Assembly (NCBI RefSeq): GCF_036321535.1
Contig: NC_087437.1
Coordinates: 12,898,001-12,962,000, forward strand
Direction: 5' to 3'
Origin: Camelus dromedarius
Lineage: Eukaryota
DNA length: 64,000 nucleotides
Positions 63,701-64,000 of the stretch are shown here, one piece after another (position 1 is the first letter of the stretch; each line of letters opens with the position of its first letter). The translations under genes were made by a program, and so were the position numbers. A model generated the notes under the pieces. That model was not told where the DNA came from. It did no database searches and worked only from the letters and a program-made list of their open reading frames with translations.

Positions 63701-63944
63701 GTTCTTGCTGGAAGGGAAATTAAGACCCTATTTAATCCACCCATGCATCTTCTTTTTATAGATCAGCTAATTAAGTCCCGGGACACTCTAGTGGCTTGTC
63801 CAAAGTCACACAGCTGCTCAGTGATTCTGACACTTGTATGTCAAATGAATATTGTAACCTTTCTTATTATTATGACAGCATTTAGAAAACTCAACACTCA
63901 AGCATTAAATATCTAGAATAATGTGTGATAGATACTTCTTTATC

Positions 63945-64000
63945 TATTTATTATTATTTTTTTAGTGGAGGTACTGGGGATTGAACCCAGGACCTCGTGT
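63945..64000 (-). mobile_element. tRNA-Ala-derived SINE (Vic-1-like), cut by the window edge
   Basis: 'tttttagtggaggtactggggattgaacccaggacctcgtg'. Confidence 0.85.

Noticed and set aside
1..64000. Prokaryote-type systems (CRISPR arrays, operons, defence loci), intact ERV genes or non-retroviral viral inserts
   Set aside because: No regularly spaced repeats, gene-dense blocks or long non-L1 ORFs; the sequence is typical mammalian non-coding DNA

Overview
Mammalian non-coding genomic DNA (intronic or intergenic), AT-rich and CpG-depleted. It is most likely from a camelid (camel/alpaca/llama), because it carries four tRNA-Ala(AGC)-derived SINEs with the Vic-1 architecture. I can support no intact host protein-coding gene. 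The only ORFs with recognisable protein similarity are LINE-1 ORF2 remnants; a decayed Tigger1 transposase C-terminus is also readable. A large part of the window is interspersed repeats: L1 copies of several ages, L2, MIR, MaLR/ERVL/ERV1 solo LTRs, hAT and TcMar DNA transposons, and microsatellites. Family names come from my recall of consensus sequences, and boundaries are approximate unless a target-site duplication (TSD) is given. I did not find a convincing new biological system. The most notable features are: (i) a multi-layer nested insertion stack at 44-50 kb in which one 14-bp target sequence is present three times; (ii) an L1 with an in-frame endonuclease-to-RT deletion junction; (iii) a polyadenylated LTR-derived retrocopy and an unexplained 190-bp insert inside an L1; (iv) several repeat-poor blocks with promoter/enhancer-like motif clusters and candidate non-coding exons.
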